From Calditrichia bacterium (GTDB lineage: Bacteria; Calditrichota; Calditrichia; JAJRVZ01): DNA of 64,000 nt. Below are positions 1 to 11,000 of this stretch, in pieces (position 1 is the stretch's first letter; every line of letters begins with the position of its first letter). The position numbers and the translations under genes were made by a program. Under the pieces are notes generated by a model, which worked only from the letters and a program-made list of their open reading frames with translations, was not told the DNA's origin and made no database searches. Location of the stretch: assembly GCA_963796965.1 (NCBI GenBank), contig CAWCNS010000004.1, positions 736,001 to 800,000 of the forward strand, written 5' to 3'.

Positions 1-566
1 GACCTGATATCTTCCTGCCTCCCTTATATGACTCTTCCACCTTCTTAATTTCCCTCCCAGCGCATCATAAATCGTAATCTCTACCCAACTGCTTTTCTCA
101 ATCGCATATGAGATCGTCGTCGTACTGTTAAACGGATTGGGATAATTCTGCTCTAAGATCAAAAGCCTCTAACTATGTTAGGATCATCTTCTGTCAAGTC
201 GGGTAACTATTTCCAGCCGTCGCTGCTATTTCGTTGGATGGTGCACTTTCATTTCCATATGAATCAGCCGCCGTCAATTTATAATAATAGGTCACACCAG
301 GTCTCTACCGTATCATCTGTATAGGTCGAATCGGTCTTTGCGATCTGGTCAAGCATCTTCATCGTACCCGGTTCCGTATCCCGGTAAATCACATAATGTG
401 ATAAATGCGGTTCAGTATTCGGTGTCCAGGCAAAACGCAGAACATTTTCCTGCGAAAAAACATGATCAGATGAATAAAAATAGAACCAAGAATAAATATA
501 TTATTCCGATTTTTGCTTTGCAAAAATTTGTCAATACGAATCCCTTTTCTGAATCCGGCTGAACAT
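1..566 (-). CDS. Secreted fibronectin type III protein with C-terminal sorting domain (frameshifted, runs off window start)
   Basis: Manual minus-strand translation across indels: QENVLRFAWTPNTEPHLSHYVIYRDTEPG...TYTDDTVET / GVTYYYKLTAADSYGNESAPSNE / LEQNYPNPFNSTTTISYAIEKSSWVEITIYDALG. Start position uncertain. Confidence 0.65.
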
Positions 567-704
567 TAATATCTATGTACACGTCCTGTGTAACTTTTGC
601 ACAGCTGCCAGGATAATTAAATCTATGGTTTTTGGGAAAGTCCCCGCTACGACTGAGGTGTGTAAGCTTTTAGGACAAAGACCCCAAGCTTAATTGAAAT
701 ATTA

Positions 705-721
705 TGCAATTTTGATGCCAG
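705..721 (-). promoter_or_regulatory. Candidate sigma-54 (-24/-12) promoter
   Basis: Minus strand reads CTGGCATCAAAATTGCA, matching YTGGCACG-N4-TTGCW with correct GG/GC spacing, about 140 bp upstream of the FN3 gene. Confidence 0.5.
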
Positions 722-737
722 ATTTTTTACCCTTAAG

Positions 738-762
738 GAGCCCCAGCGGCTCTTTTTTTTTG
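738..762 (+). terminator. Possible intrinsic terminator
   Basis: GAGCC-ccagc-GGCTC hairpin followed by 10 T. No plus-strand gene is evident upstream. Confidence 0.35.
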
Positions 763-1004
763 CCTTGCTTATCGCTCTTCCGGTGTACATTATTTCTCCT
801 CTTTAGGTAACTCTTATAGTCAAATACAGTAAGGAAAAATAAAGTTTGAGAGGCCTGTGACCCCTGTCACGCTAATTGTGTGCGGCAAATCAGATTTGTA
901 AGAAAAAGTAGTGTGTAGAGGGTAGAGAGTTGAGAGTAGCGCGTATTGACTCATCCTTGTTGGGATTAGAAGAGAGAAAAGAGAGGAGAGAGGAGTGAGA
1001 AAAT

Positions 1005-1410
1005 TTCAAGGAAAAAGTAAAAAGGAAAAAGTAAAAAAGCGCCGGCAAAATATAAAAATCATAAATGTCCCGATGTAATCTATAAGCAGAAAAGGAGAAT
1101 GGTGAGGACTTGGAGGATTGGAAAAGAAAACATCAAGAGTAGGTAAATTTCTTTTTTCTTCAAAAGTTGAATTATAGAATAAATTTGTTCGCCTGAATAA
1201 TTCACCACAGAGAGCATTAAGTATTTATAAATATAATAATAACAAATATATAAATTGAAATTCAAATCAGATTCAATTAATTATAAAAATGAAATAAATA
1301 TAAGATAACATTAATAAAAACAAATATATATATCTGTGGTCTCTGTGGTTTATGAATAGATTAGGTTAAATTAAAAGTATGAAAAAATTCTTAATAGTCT
1401 TAATAAACCT
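1005..1410 (+). repeat. Direct repeat A copy 1: duplicated upstream region plus 5' stub of the 5530 gene, interrupted by a ~177-bp inverted-repeat insert
   Basis: 1005-1189 matches 5333-5518 (core identical over about 115 bp). After the insert at ~1190-1365 the match resumes with attaaaagtATGaaaaaatt(c/t)(t/g)taatagtctt (MKKFLIVLIN vs MKKFVIVLIS). Confidence 0.9.
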
Positions 1411-1730
1411 TTGCGTCTGCGCGTCTTTGCGAGAGATGAATTATCCAGGCTATATATTTATTCTGATAATTCTTTTTCACGCACAATAAACAATACTTTT
1501 CTTTGCGTTCTTAGCGAACTCAGCGTTTAATAAATATTCTGAATTTTAATTACATCACAGAATTTTCAAAGTTGAATGCATCCCCTCCATGGTATATCTC
1601 CCCTATTAATCCGAGGTAGTGTAAAAAATAACCACGGAGTGCCGGGATGAATGAACCTCTTATGCACAAGAAATTCTTGTCAAATTATTGGCACTATTAT
1701 TGATTTGCTGCCAATAATTTGGTACCTTAA

Positions 1731-2489
1731 AAAATCAAATCAATAAAATTAAAAATAGAGCGTATAAAAGAAAAGTTTACCGACAACAAAATCATCTTAA
1801 CGGATGATTTATACAGATTTTATCAATCAGAAGAACCGAAAATAAATAAATCTACCGTTAATTGGCGGATTTACGAGTTGGTCCAAAACGGAATACTTCA
1901 ACGTATTGGCAAAGGGAAGTTTGTTGTTGGCAAATCCATTCATTATTTACCTGAAATTTCAAATAAAGAAATAAAAATAAATAATGTTATAAAAAAAGAA
2001 TTTCCATTCATCAAATATTGTATCTGGAATTCATCAATTCTGAGTGAATTTTTGCAACACCAATCATCATTCCAGTTTATAGTGGTTGAAGTAGAAAAAG
2101 ATGCGCTTGAGTCTGTGTTCTATTCACTTAAAGATAATTATGATTCAACTTTTAAAAAGCCTGCCAAACAAATGGTTGAAGAATTTGTCTTTACCCGGCA
2201 AAACAGTATTATTATCAATTCCTATATTTCAGAAGCGCCGATTCAATCCATCAAAAATGTTCCAACTTCATCTCTTGAAAAACTGTTAGTCGATTTGTAC
2301 TGTGATAAAAACCTTTTCTACTTTTTACAGGGATATGAACTGGTTAATATTTATAAAAACGCTTTTGATAAATATACTGTCAATAAAAGTAAACTGTTTA
2401 GATATGCCGACAGGCGAGGAATGAAAATAAAAATTAATAAATTTATTAAATTCTATAATTCGGCAGTAAAGCAAAATAAGTGCCAATAA
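1731..2489 (+). CDS. AbiEi-like/DUF6577-type antitoxin or transcriptional regulator (type IV TA partner)
   Basis: N-terminal wHTH-like TVNWRIYELVQNGILQRIGKGKF and C-terminal PTSSLEKLLVDL; lies directly upstream of AbiEii. The frame is open from 1731 without an ATG, so the true start is uncertain. Confidence 0.75.
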   Translation, partial: KIKSIKLKIERIKEKFTDNKIILTDDLYRFYQSEEPKINKSTVNWRIYELVQNGILQRIGKGKFVVGKSIHYLPEISNKEIKINNVIKKEFPFIKYCIWNSSILSEFLQHQSSFQFIVVEVEKDALESVFYSLKDNYDSTFKKPAKQMVEEFVFTRQNSIIINSYISEAPIQSIKNVPTSSLEKLLVDLYCDKNLFYFLQGYELVNIYKNAFDKYTVNKSKLFRYADRRGMKIKINKFIKFYNSAVKQNKCQ

Positions 2490-2497
2490 TTTGAATA

Positions 2498-3549
2498 ATG
2501 ATATCAGATAAAACATTAAATCTTGACTGGATAAAGTCCGTCTCCAGGAAGAACCGGAACGCGGATAAAATTTTAATCGAAAAGGTTATTCGAGCTCTAT
2601 TACTGTTGGAAGGATTGGCCGAAAGCGGAATGGATTTTATTTTTAAAGGTGGTACAGCTCTGATGCTGCTTCAAGGTTCAACTAAAAGATTGTCCATCGA
2701 TATAGATATTGTCTCACCAAAGAAAGCTGAATTGGAACCGCTTTTTACAGATTTTCTGGCAAGAAAAAACTTTATCAGGTTTGAATTTCAGAATCGGGAA
2801 TCAAACTCTTCCATAGAGAAAGAGCATTATAAATTTTATTATCAACCCGTGTTTAAAACAGCTCAGGCAGAAGAATATATCCTGCTCGATATTCTAATCG
2901 AAAAATCCCTATATATAAATATAATTTCAATCGATATTGATTCATCCTTTGTGCAACAGGATAATGTCCCAGTAAAAATTAATGTACCGAGTTTTGAAGA
3001 TATGCTGGGTGATAAGTTAACCGCTTTTGCACCAAACACCACCGGAATTCCTTATGAAAAAAATGGACACGCTAAATCGATGGAAATTATCAAACAGCTT
3101 TATGATATTGGTAATCTGTTTGATAATATTGAGAATATTGAAATCATTCGGGATACGTTTAAACGGTTTGCCTTAAAAGAATTATCCTACCGAAATTTAG
3201 CACAAAATCAGAGTATAGTTTTAAAAGATATCTTCGAGACGGCATTGTGTATTTCAACCCGGGGGCTGGAGGGCAACGGGAATTTTACAGCACTACAAAA
3301 TGGTATTTCACAGATACGGGCCTTTATCTTCTCAGAAACATATCAGATTGAAAAGCTATCGTACACGCAGCTAAAGCGGGTTATCTCTCCAAACTTATTG
3401 AATTGAATAGGGACAGTTTGGAACGTTTTGAAAACGCTCTTCTGGTAAAGGACTGGACCATTGAGAAGCCCTTTATTACGCGCTTAAATCGATTGAAAAA
3501 ATCGAACCCGCAGGCATTTTTCTATTGGTACAAAACATTCGAACTTTAA
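2498..3549 (+). CDS. AbiEii/AbiGii-family nucleotidyltransferase toxin (one frameshift near 3352)
   Basis: FKGGTALML...RLSIDIDI nucleotidyltransferase motif, DKLTAF and KQLYDI. The shifted frame continues KAIVHAAKAGYL...NPQAFFYWYKTFEL* to 3549. Confidence 0.85.
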
Positions 3550-3782
3550 AAAAGAATTTCATTTAAATGACAAAGGAATTGAAAAACTGCATGAAGCATT
3601 GGCAAGAATTGTCAACGTTGAGTGCATCTGCTGTCAGCAAGGATTGATTGTAAGTAAGAAGTAGCCCCGATATGTATTATCCACTGCTAATTATGCAAAA
3701 CTGCCCGAACAAAACTTGATTTTTACTCCAATATACTTCACCTACAGCATGTTTAGAAATTAATCCCCCCTTGAAAGAATAC

Positions 3783-3804
3783 CAGGGCAAGTTTATCTAA
3801 ACAC
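3783..3804 (+). repeat. Direct repeat B copy 1 (22 bp; copy 2 at 5297-5318)
   Basis: CAGGGCAAGTTTATCTAAACAC is identical at both sites. Confidence 0.9.
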
Positions 3805-3880
3805 GCATCTATAGAAATAAAGTCCCTTATATAAATTAACCACCGAGAACAGCGAAGGTAATTAATTGTAATAAAAACGC

Positions 3881-3939
3881 GGTGTTTCTCGGTGCTTTCG
3901 GTTTACTGCGTTTTACGTGGTGGTTGATCAAAAAAGATG
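3881..3939 (+). repeat. Direct repeat C copy 1 (59 bp; copy 2 at 4841-4899), bracketing higBA
   Basis: GGTGTTTCTCG...GTTTAC(T/C)GCGTTTTACGTGGTGGTTGATCAAAAA; 5 mismatches in 59 bp by manual alignment. Confidence 0.9.
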
Positions 3940-4090
3940 GATGAAGTGAACTTGGATGGTTTACCATAGCGAGTGATTATGCGATGCTGAACAACTGCCG
4001 CTAGTGCAAGCAGCCGGATAGAATCCAATGTTATACCTACCACTTGTATTATTTTGTTAATTGAATTTGAAATAGATCTTCTGCAAAATA

Positions 4091-4378
4091 CTAATTCTCT
4101 ACAAGTCGAATTTCTAAATGATATCCAAGTGCCTCAGCATATTTCTTTAGTGTAGCAAGCGAAGGAGAATGTTTACCACTGGTTAATGATGATTCGAGTC
4201 GCGTAATTGCAGGTGGTTTTGTACCCATTCGTTCTGCGATATCTGCTTGAGTAAGTCCTGCTTTTTGACGAGCTGAAAGCATTGCGCGCAGAAAAGTAAA
4301 TTCTGGCTCTAATGCCTCGTACTCAGCTCTAACATTCTGTATATCTAAGGCTTTCTTTTTTAGTTTATCATGCCTCAT
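4091..4378 (-). CDS. HigA-like XRE HTH antitoxin
   Basis: ARQKAGLTQADIAERMGTKPPAITRLES...PSLATLKKYAEALG; overlaps the end of the upstream RelE-type toxin. Confidence 0.85.
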   Translation of the reverse strand: MRHDKLKKKALDIQNVRAEYEALEPEFTFLRAMLSARQKAGLTQADIAERMGTKPPAITRLESSLTSGKHSPSLATLKKYAEALGYHLEIRLVEN

Positions 4379-4702
4379 GATTTTTCACCTCTTTCAGTCG
4401 TGAAAACGCAATTTTCAATTCCTTTTTTGGAATTTTTTGTGATTTTTTTATAAAAATATGGAGCATATAAACTTTGTTTCTTAATATAGTACAATAAAAA
4501 ACTCTCGCAATTCCTTCTTTACTTTTCACTCGGAGTCTCAAAAAGACCACCCTTTATAGACTTTTGTATGAGGTAAACCTAAATTAGGTCCAAATTCAAT
4601 CATCAAATCAGTTAAGCGCAAATACCTTGCAAGTAGTCCATCAGGTAAACTAAGAATAGATTCTTCGACATCTTCACTGTAATATTCAATGCTCCATTCC
4701 AT
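4368..4702 (-). CDS. RelE/HigB (Gp49-like) toxin, two +1 indels near 4540-4565
   Basis: MEWSIEYYSEDVEESILSLPDGLLARYLRLTDLMIEFGPNLGLPHTK / SIKGGLFE / LRVKSKEGIARVFYC...LHIFIKKSQKIPKKEL; toxin-first gene order. Confidence 0.8.
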
Positions 4703-4735
4703 GGATGGAATATAACATATTTGTTACATTGGATG

Positions 4736-4772
4736 CAAATTAAAAAAATGTAAAATTTATTTAGTTTCTCCC
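4736..4772 (+). repeat. Direct repeat D copy 1 (37 bp; copy 2 at 6289-6325), each followed by a CCCTCTCCTTT-AGGAGAGGG REP-like hairpin
   Basis: 1 mismatch in 37 bp. Copy 2 carries a ~55-bp insert flanked by duplicated TTTCTCCC (6318-6325 and 6373-6380). Confidence 0.8.
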
Positions 4773-4940
4773 TCTCCTTTCAGGAGAGGGTCGGGGTGAG
4801 GTTCCATTATGACATTAAAGACAAACACTAATTATAACTCGGTGTTTCTCGCTGATTTCAGTTTACCGCGTTTTACGTGGTGGTTGATCAAAAATGATGC
4901 CAATAGAGAGGTGTACCTACTTCTTTTTTATCAACGAGGT

Positions 4941-5290
4941 GCTTACCGCTATTAAACAGAACCTGTTTCGGGAATGCCTGGTAATTCGTTACGGACTAAA
5001 GGGTGTAACCGTTACGTCCGTATCAATGACTCCCTTACGCTCGTAATGACAGACCTGTTACGGTCGTGACGATGCATCCCTTACGTTCGTGAGGAGCTGA
5101 GCTGTTACGGGCGTATGCCTTCACCTGTTACGACCGTAATGATTACCTCTTACGCCCTTAATGACCTCTGGCTTTCCTGCTTTAGGCCTGTGCCATATCG
5201 ATGTAAACGAACTCAGGATCTACTGTTAAAGGAACTCCGGATTTAACCCGAAACGACTTCCGGATCTAACCGTAATGTGCGCGCAATGAT
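4941..5290. repeat. Degenerate non-coding tandem array, ~23-bp period, core TTACG-NN-CGTRA
   Basis: TTACG or a one-mismatch variant starts at 4943, 4966, 4989, 5012, 5035, 5058, 5081, 5105, 5128 and 5150. A second unit type (AAA(C/G)GAnnTCnGGAT) has GGAT at 5216, 5239 and 5262, with the same period. Confidence 0.85.
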
Positions 5291-5332
5291 TCGTGACAGG
5301 GCAAGTTTATCTAAACACACGACACTAAGTTC

Positions 5333-5561
5333 TTCAAGTAAAAAGTTAAAAGGAAAAAGTAAAAAAAGTGCTGGCAAAATATAAAAATCATAAATGTCCC
5401 GATGTAATCTATAAGCAGAAAAGGAGAATGGTGAGGACTTGGAGGATTGGAAAAGAAAACATCAAGAGTAGGTAAATTTCTTTTTTCTTTATATGTTGAA
5501 CCATAAAATAAATTTGTTAGATTAAAAGTATGAAAAAATTTGTAATAGTCTTGATAAGCCT
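5333..5561 (+). repeat. Direct repeat A copy 2 (intact, leads into the 5530 gene)
   Basis: Matches 1005-1189 plus 1366-1410. Confidence 0.9.
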
Positions 5562-6156
5562 GATTCTTTTATTTTTGTTGGCCTATTATATTAAGTCCCA
5601 ACTACGGATAAATGTTTTTGAATCTATTAGCTTTTCAAAATATTACCCTTTTAAATACCTTCAAGCAGATTCTTCTGTTGTTGTAAATCCTCAAGCAGGC
5701 GATTTATTAAGAGATACGTTTGAATTGCCACTTTGGAGCAATAGTAAATGGAATGATCTTTGGGCGAGGGAGAAGGATTTAGTTGAAAGCGTATATAGCA
5801 CAGATGGGGTGGATACTCAAAGTGCTTTTTGATTACAAGCAACAGCACCAAAGACTGGGCTTGCAGGCAATATAAAATGATTGAAGTCGAAACGGGGGAC
5901 CGGTTTGGATTTGAAGGAGAGATAAGAACGCAGGGTGATGCTAAGGTTATAGTGAAAGTTGTAACATACGATAAGGATATGAAGGTTATGAATTGGAATT
6001 ATGCAGCTTAAATCCGTGCATAGGGCAATAGAATGGGTCAAAGTGATAAATGAATTTGAGATTCCTCAAAACGTTAAATACATTCAATTTGGGTTAAGCG
6101 GATCCGGGAAAGGAAAGGTGTGGATTGATAATGTCGTTTTTAGTATGCTGCCGTAG
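5530..6156 (+). CDS. Membrane-anchored protein with galactose-binding-like/CBM4-9-like domain (two frameshifts)
   Basis: N-terminal TM helix. Three consecutive frames join and end EWVKVINEFEIPQNVKYIQFGLSGSGKGKVWIDNVVFSMLP*, a typical beta-sandwich CBM ending. Confidence 0.6.
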
Positions 6157-6492
6157 ATTTAAACACAAATTTGCCTGAATTACGCCCCAAACATAGACTT
6201 CCGCTGAATCCTTCTCTCTTCTCTCCCAAATGCTTTCACTGTAAAAAAGATTGATCAATCCCCTAAAGAGATCACCACGAAGATACACCAAATTAAAAAA
6301 ATGTAAATTTTATTTAGTTTCTCCCCATATTAATCTGTAGAATTCCTCGAGGCTCTGCCTCGGGGTTTCCTATTTCTCCCTCTCCTTTAGGAGAGGGTTG
6401 GGGAGAGGTAAATAAATGAAATTCTGTTTTTCGACATTTGTATCGAAATAAAACTGGCGAAATACCACGATAGGCATCGGGGATAGTCAGTT

Positions 6493-7648
6493 TTAAAGAA
6501 TTTCTTTAATGGGGGCGTGGGGATATAACGCTTCACGATTCTGAAATGATATAATATCTGGTTTTTGAATAACGCCGGCATCAATATTTATAGCCTGTCG
6601 AATGGTTTCATTTTGTTGCCAGCTCTCATACCCCGCTAACACAGTCGGCAAATGGACAATGAGAGCAGCAGAAATAGACCGCGAGGCACTTTCCCATAGA
6701 TAGCTTGGTGTATGATCCACGGCGTAATAATCTACCTTTCCAACTTTAAACATAGGATTTTTAAATGTGGTTGGTTTGGCAAAAAAGAATCCCATACCCT
6801 CGTCGCAACTGACGTCAATAATCAGGCAGCCTGGCTTGAGATAAGATATTTCATCTTCTGTCACAAAAAGGATGGGATGATCTGGTTCTTGTAGGGTTCC
6901 GTTCACGATGATTTCTGATTGGTTGATCAGATCAATCAATGGTTGTTCAGTTCCATCGTGCTCTACCACCAACATGCGCGCTTCACCTTCATTGCCTTCC
7001 CGAATACGGACATAGTCGACAATCAAGTACTTCCTCACGTACCTCGTGGTCGGGACGTTGAATGCAAATTGTGATATCTCTAAAGCCACGTGCTTTAAGG
7101 GCGTATATTGCGCCACGGCTGACCGCACCAAAACTAAAAATGATCACTTTGCGCTGGTTACCGTAGTGGCCGTCGATTCCTTTCAGTTGCAGGGCATGTA
7201 ATACCGCGCAATAGCCCGCCATTTCGTTGTTTTTATAAAAAGTGTGGCGGCCAATCTGTCCGTTAGGTCCCCAAACAAACATATCCTCAAAGGCGATAAG
7301 TGTCTGCTTGCGATCGATCGCAGCCTGAGTGTGCGACCTTTGCTGTACACAATGCGGATAGCCCCAAAGGATTCCACCCTCACGTAGTTCTTCAAAATCC
7401 GCTAACACTGGTTTGGCAAGGATGACATTCCCAATATTGGCCAGTAGTTCGTGGCGTGTGGCAACGCCACCTGACTGATCAGACATTTCTGAATCGGTAA
7501 TACCAAAAGGTGTTCCATAGCCTTCCTCAAATATCAGCTGACGACGAATTTGTTCGGGAAGGCGTATCAGATGTTCCGGATGGATTGGAATACGTCGCTC
7601 ATCCTCTTTTCTTGAAGTACCAATGACTCCAAATTTTAATTTATTCAT
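6493..7648 (-). CDS. N(5)-(carboxyethyl)ornithine synthase / alanine dehydrogenase-PNT family (one frameshift near 7020)
   Basis: SRKEDERRIPIHP, WGYPHCVQ, FYKNNEMAGYCAVLHALQL, IIDVSCDEGMGF and YYAVDHTPS motifs across two overlapping ORFs. Confidence 0.8.
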
Positions 7649-8027
7649 ATAGTTTCCTTCTTTTTACGAAAACTTACTTTTGTGATTTTATCGAAGCATT
7701 TTCAAAGTCTAATATACGCGTTTTATATGATTATGCAATCTTTTCACAAAACGATGTTCTCAATCGCACATAATCCAATAATTATTAATTCGATGCTGTT
7801 TTTCTTTCTCTTATCTATATATCTTTCTAAATCATCCATCCTCTTCTCTCCTCTATTTACTCTCTACCCTCAACCCTCCACCTTCTACTTCGTCTGCTTT
7901 TCTGCTTTCTCGTATATCAATTCGATCTCATTCGTGGTCGATTTTATGTTTTTGAAATCATGGATGATTTCATCCCGGCAAGTTTTCCGGAGGAAAACGC
8001 TTTTGATGGGATAGCTTAGGTAGGTAT

Positions 8028-11000
8028 TTATTTAAGAAGCACGGCTTTTTTGACCTGAACAAAGTTTTTCTTTGAATCTAATCCCTCTGCTCTGAGACAA
8101 ATAAAATAGATGCCGCTGGGTAAATTTGATCCATCCCAACTCGTGATATAATTTCCGGCATTTTTTTCGGCGTCTACTAACACATCGCTGCGCTGACCAA
8201 GCAAATTATAAATCTCAATTTGAATATGGCTTTGTTCGGGAAGGCTATAGGTGATCGCTGTCGTTGGATTAAATGGATTGGGATAATTTTGCATTAGTGC
8301 ATAATCTTTTGGTTTTCCCATCGTGTAATCTTCAATTTTAGTGATTACACGGCTGTGCACAAGAATTGTATCCGTATCACTGGCCAGACTGTCATCCCTT
8401 ACGATACAAATTAATTCTGTCTCTCCGGAATAGTTTGGTGCGGAAAGGGTTAACAGCCCTGTTTTCGGATCATGTACGACAATCAAAGAATCATTTGTTA
8501 CCACAAAATTCCAGCGTAACGAATCACTATTTGAATCAATATCTGTTACATGATCTTTTAACACAAGTATTTTAGAAGAATCAGGATCCAGTTGTATCTC
8601 GTCCGGTAAGTTTACTATCTCTGGCGGATCGTTTAGGGGCGTAACCTGAATAAATAGATCGGTCGAGTCGCTTAAATGACCATCTGAGACTCTTATTTTC
8701 AAGGTATCTAAACCATACCAATTGTCTTTTGGGGTTATGATAAATGAATCGGATACCGCTAAAACGCTTAAATATTCACTGGAATTAAGTGAAAAAAACA
8801 GGGTGGAATCCGGGTTGTCTTCATCTGTAACAAAATCATACAAGTAGGTAAAATTTAGGTTTAATTTAAAATCTTCCTTACATAAAAGTCTGTCTAAGGT
8901 GATGATGATTGGCGGATCATTGATGTTCTCTACAATGAAAAGGACCGAATCGCTGTCGGAAAGTCCGGCTGAATCAGAGGCTGTAAATAGGATCGTCTCA
9001 TTGCCAAACCAGTTTGTATCGATGACAGTAATCGTCGCCACCCGGTTTTCGTCTATCAAAACGGTTAGATTTAACTGACCATTAGCGACCCAGTTTATCT
9101 GGTCGTCGTCATTGTCCGGATCATTCACAAAATCATCAAGCATAATCGGTTTAAATAAACTGTCTTCCACAATGGTTTGATCGGGAATGGGACTTATCTG
9201 GGGCTGATCATTAACCGGGTTTACCGTGCATGTTATCGAATCACTATCGGAAAGGCCTTCCGGATCGGTGGCCGTGAAAAGAAGGCTTTCAGTGCCGAAC
9301 CAATTTGAATCGATGGCAGTAATCGTGGCTACCCGCTGCTCGTCAATCACCACGTTCAGGTTTAATTGCCCACTAACTTTCCAGGTGATCTCTTCGTCGC
9401 TGTTGTCTAAATCGGTGACAAACGTATCAAGGGTGATAGATTCAAAAATTACACCTTCGTCTCTGGTCTGATCGGCGATATCATCGACAACCGGCGGATC
9501 ATTCATGTTCTCTACAATAAAAAGGACCGAATCGCTGTCGGAAAGTCCGGCTGAATCAGAGGCTGTAAATAGGATCGTCTCATTGCCAAACCAGTTTGTA
9601 TCGATGACAGTAATCGTTGCCACCCGGTTTTCGTCTATCAAAACGGTTAGATTTAACTGACCATTAGCGACCCAGTTTATCTGGTCGTCGTCATTGTCCG
9701 GATCATTCACAAAATCATCAAGCATAATCGGTTTAAATAAACTGTCTTCCACAATGGTTTGATCGGGAATAGGACTTATCTGGGGCTGATCATTAACCGG
9801 GTTTACCGTGCATGTTATTGAATCACTATCGGAAAGGCCTTCCGGATCGGTGGCCGTGAAAAGAAGGCTTTCAGTGCCGAACCAATTTGAATCGATGGCA
9901 GTAATCGTGGCTACCCGCTGCTCGTCAATCACCACGTTCAGGTTTAATTGCCCACTAACTTTCCAGGTGATCTCTTCGTCGCTGTTGTCTAAATCGGTGA
10001 CAAACGTATCAAGGGTGATAGATTCAAAAATTACACCTTCGTCTCTGGTCTGATCGGCGATATCATCGACAACCGGCGGATCATTGATGTTCTCTACAAT
10101 GAAAAGGACCGAATCGCTACCGGAAAGGCCTTCCGGATCGGTGGCGGTAAAAAGAATCGTTTCCTGACCAGCCCAGTTTGAATCATTAACACTTATTGTT
10201 GCCACCCGGTTGTCGTCAATAACAATGCTTAGATTTGACTGACCATTAGCGACCCAGTTCATTTGATCATCGGTATGATCCAAATCAATGACAAAATGAT
10301 CAAGCATCAGCGCATCAAAGGAAGTCCCTTCCATAATAGTCTGGCCGGGGATTTCATTAACGATTGGCGGATCATTACTCTCTCTATTGTCCCCCTTAAT
10401 TATTGAAAAATAATCTAATTGATTACCGCCATCGTCAAGAAAGACGGCATCGAGTTTGTTGAATTCAACTGATAAAACAAGAGAACCCAACTCAAAAAAT
10501 GAGGTAAATATGGCCGGATGATCCAACGTCCCATCAACGGTCACTTTGCCTGAACTTCCGACAACCGCATAAACGGTACCTTCATGGGCTCCATTCTTAA
10601 GAGAGGGCTTACGATAAGGACCATCACCATCCTTTCGTCCATCTCCATCGTCCAGGTACATCGCATCTGTTATTGAGTTAGATGAACCATAATGGCCGTT
10701 CATTAAAAAACTTCTTTCGTAGGAATGGCTGTGTCCTCCCAGCAGCAGATCAACACCGGCATCTTCTAGGATAGGAACAATTAATTCACGTACATCTATT
10801 AATTGCCCTTCCGTATCAGAATCATGAGATCCCTTTGAATAGGGTGGCATATGGCAATAGGCAATCGTCCAGATCTGATCATTGACCAGTAGATCTTGAT
10901 TTAACCAATCAAGCATTATATCATAATCACTGCTGGAAAAGTCGCAAGAGTTTAAACAAATGAAATGAATATTGGCATAATTGTATGAATAATACGCTTC

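Noticed and set aside
3985..4040. Possible integron attC site (GTTATAC end) downstream of higA
   Set aside because: No convincing complementary RYYYAAC box or paired L boxes, and no integrase in the window.
4941..5290. CRISPR array interpretation of the 23-bp periodic region
   Set aside because: The conserved part is only ~12 bp and degenerate, spacers are ~11 bp, and no cas genes are present. Kept as an unexplained array instead.
7682..8014. 110-aa hydrophobic ORF, and similar intergenic ORFs at 1080-1265, 18003-18287 and 51525-51725
   Set aside because: They overlap low-complexity or REP/heptamer DNA, have biased composition and show no motif.
9226..10053. Two identical 81-aa plus-strand ORFs
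   Set aside because: Antisense shadows of the 582-bp duplication within the phosphatase gene.
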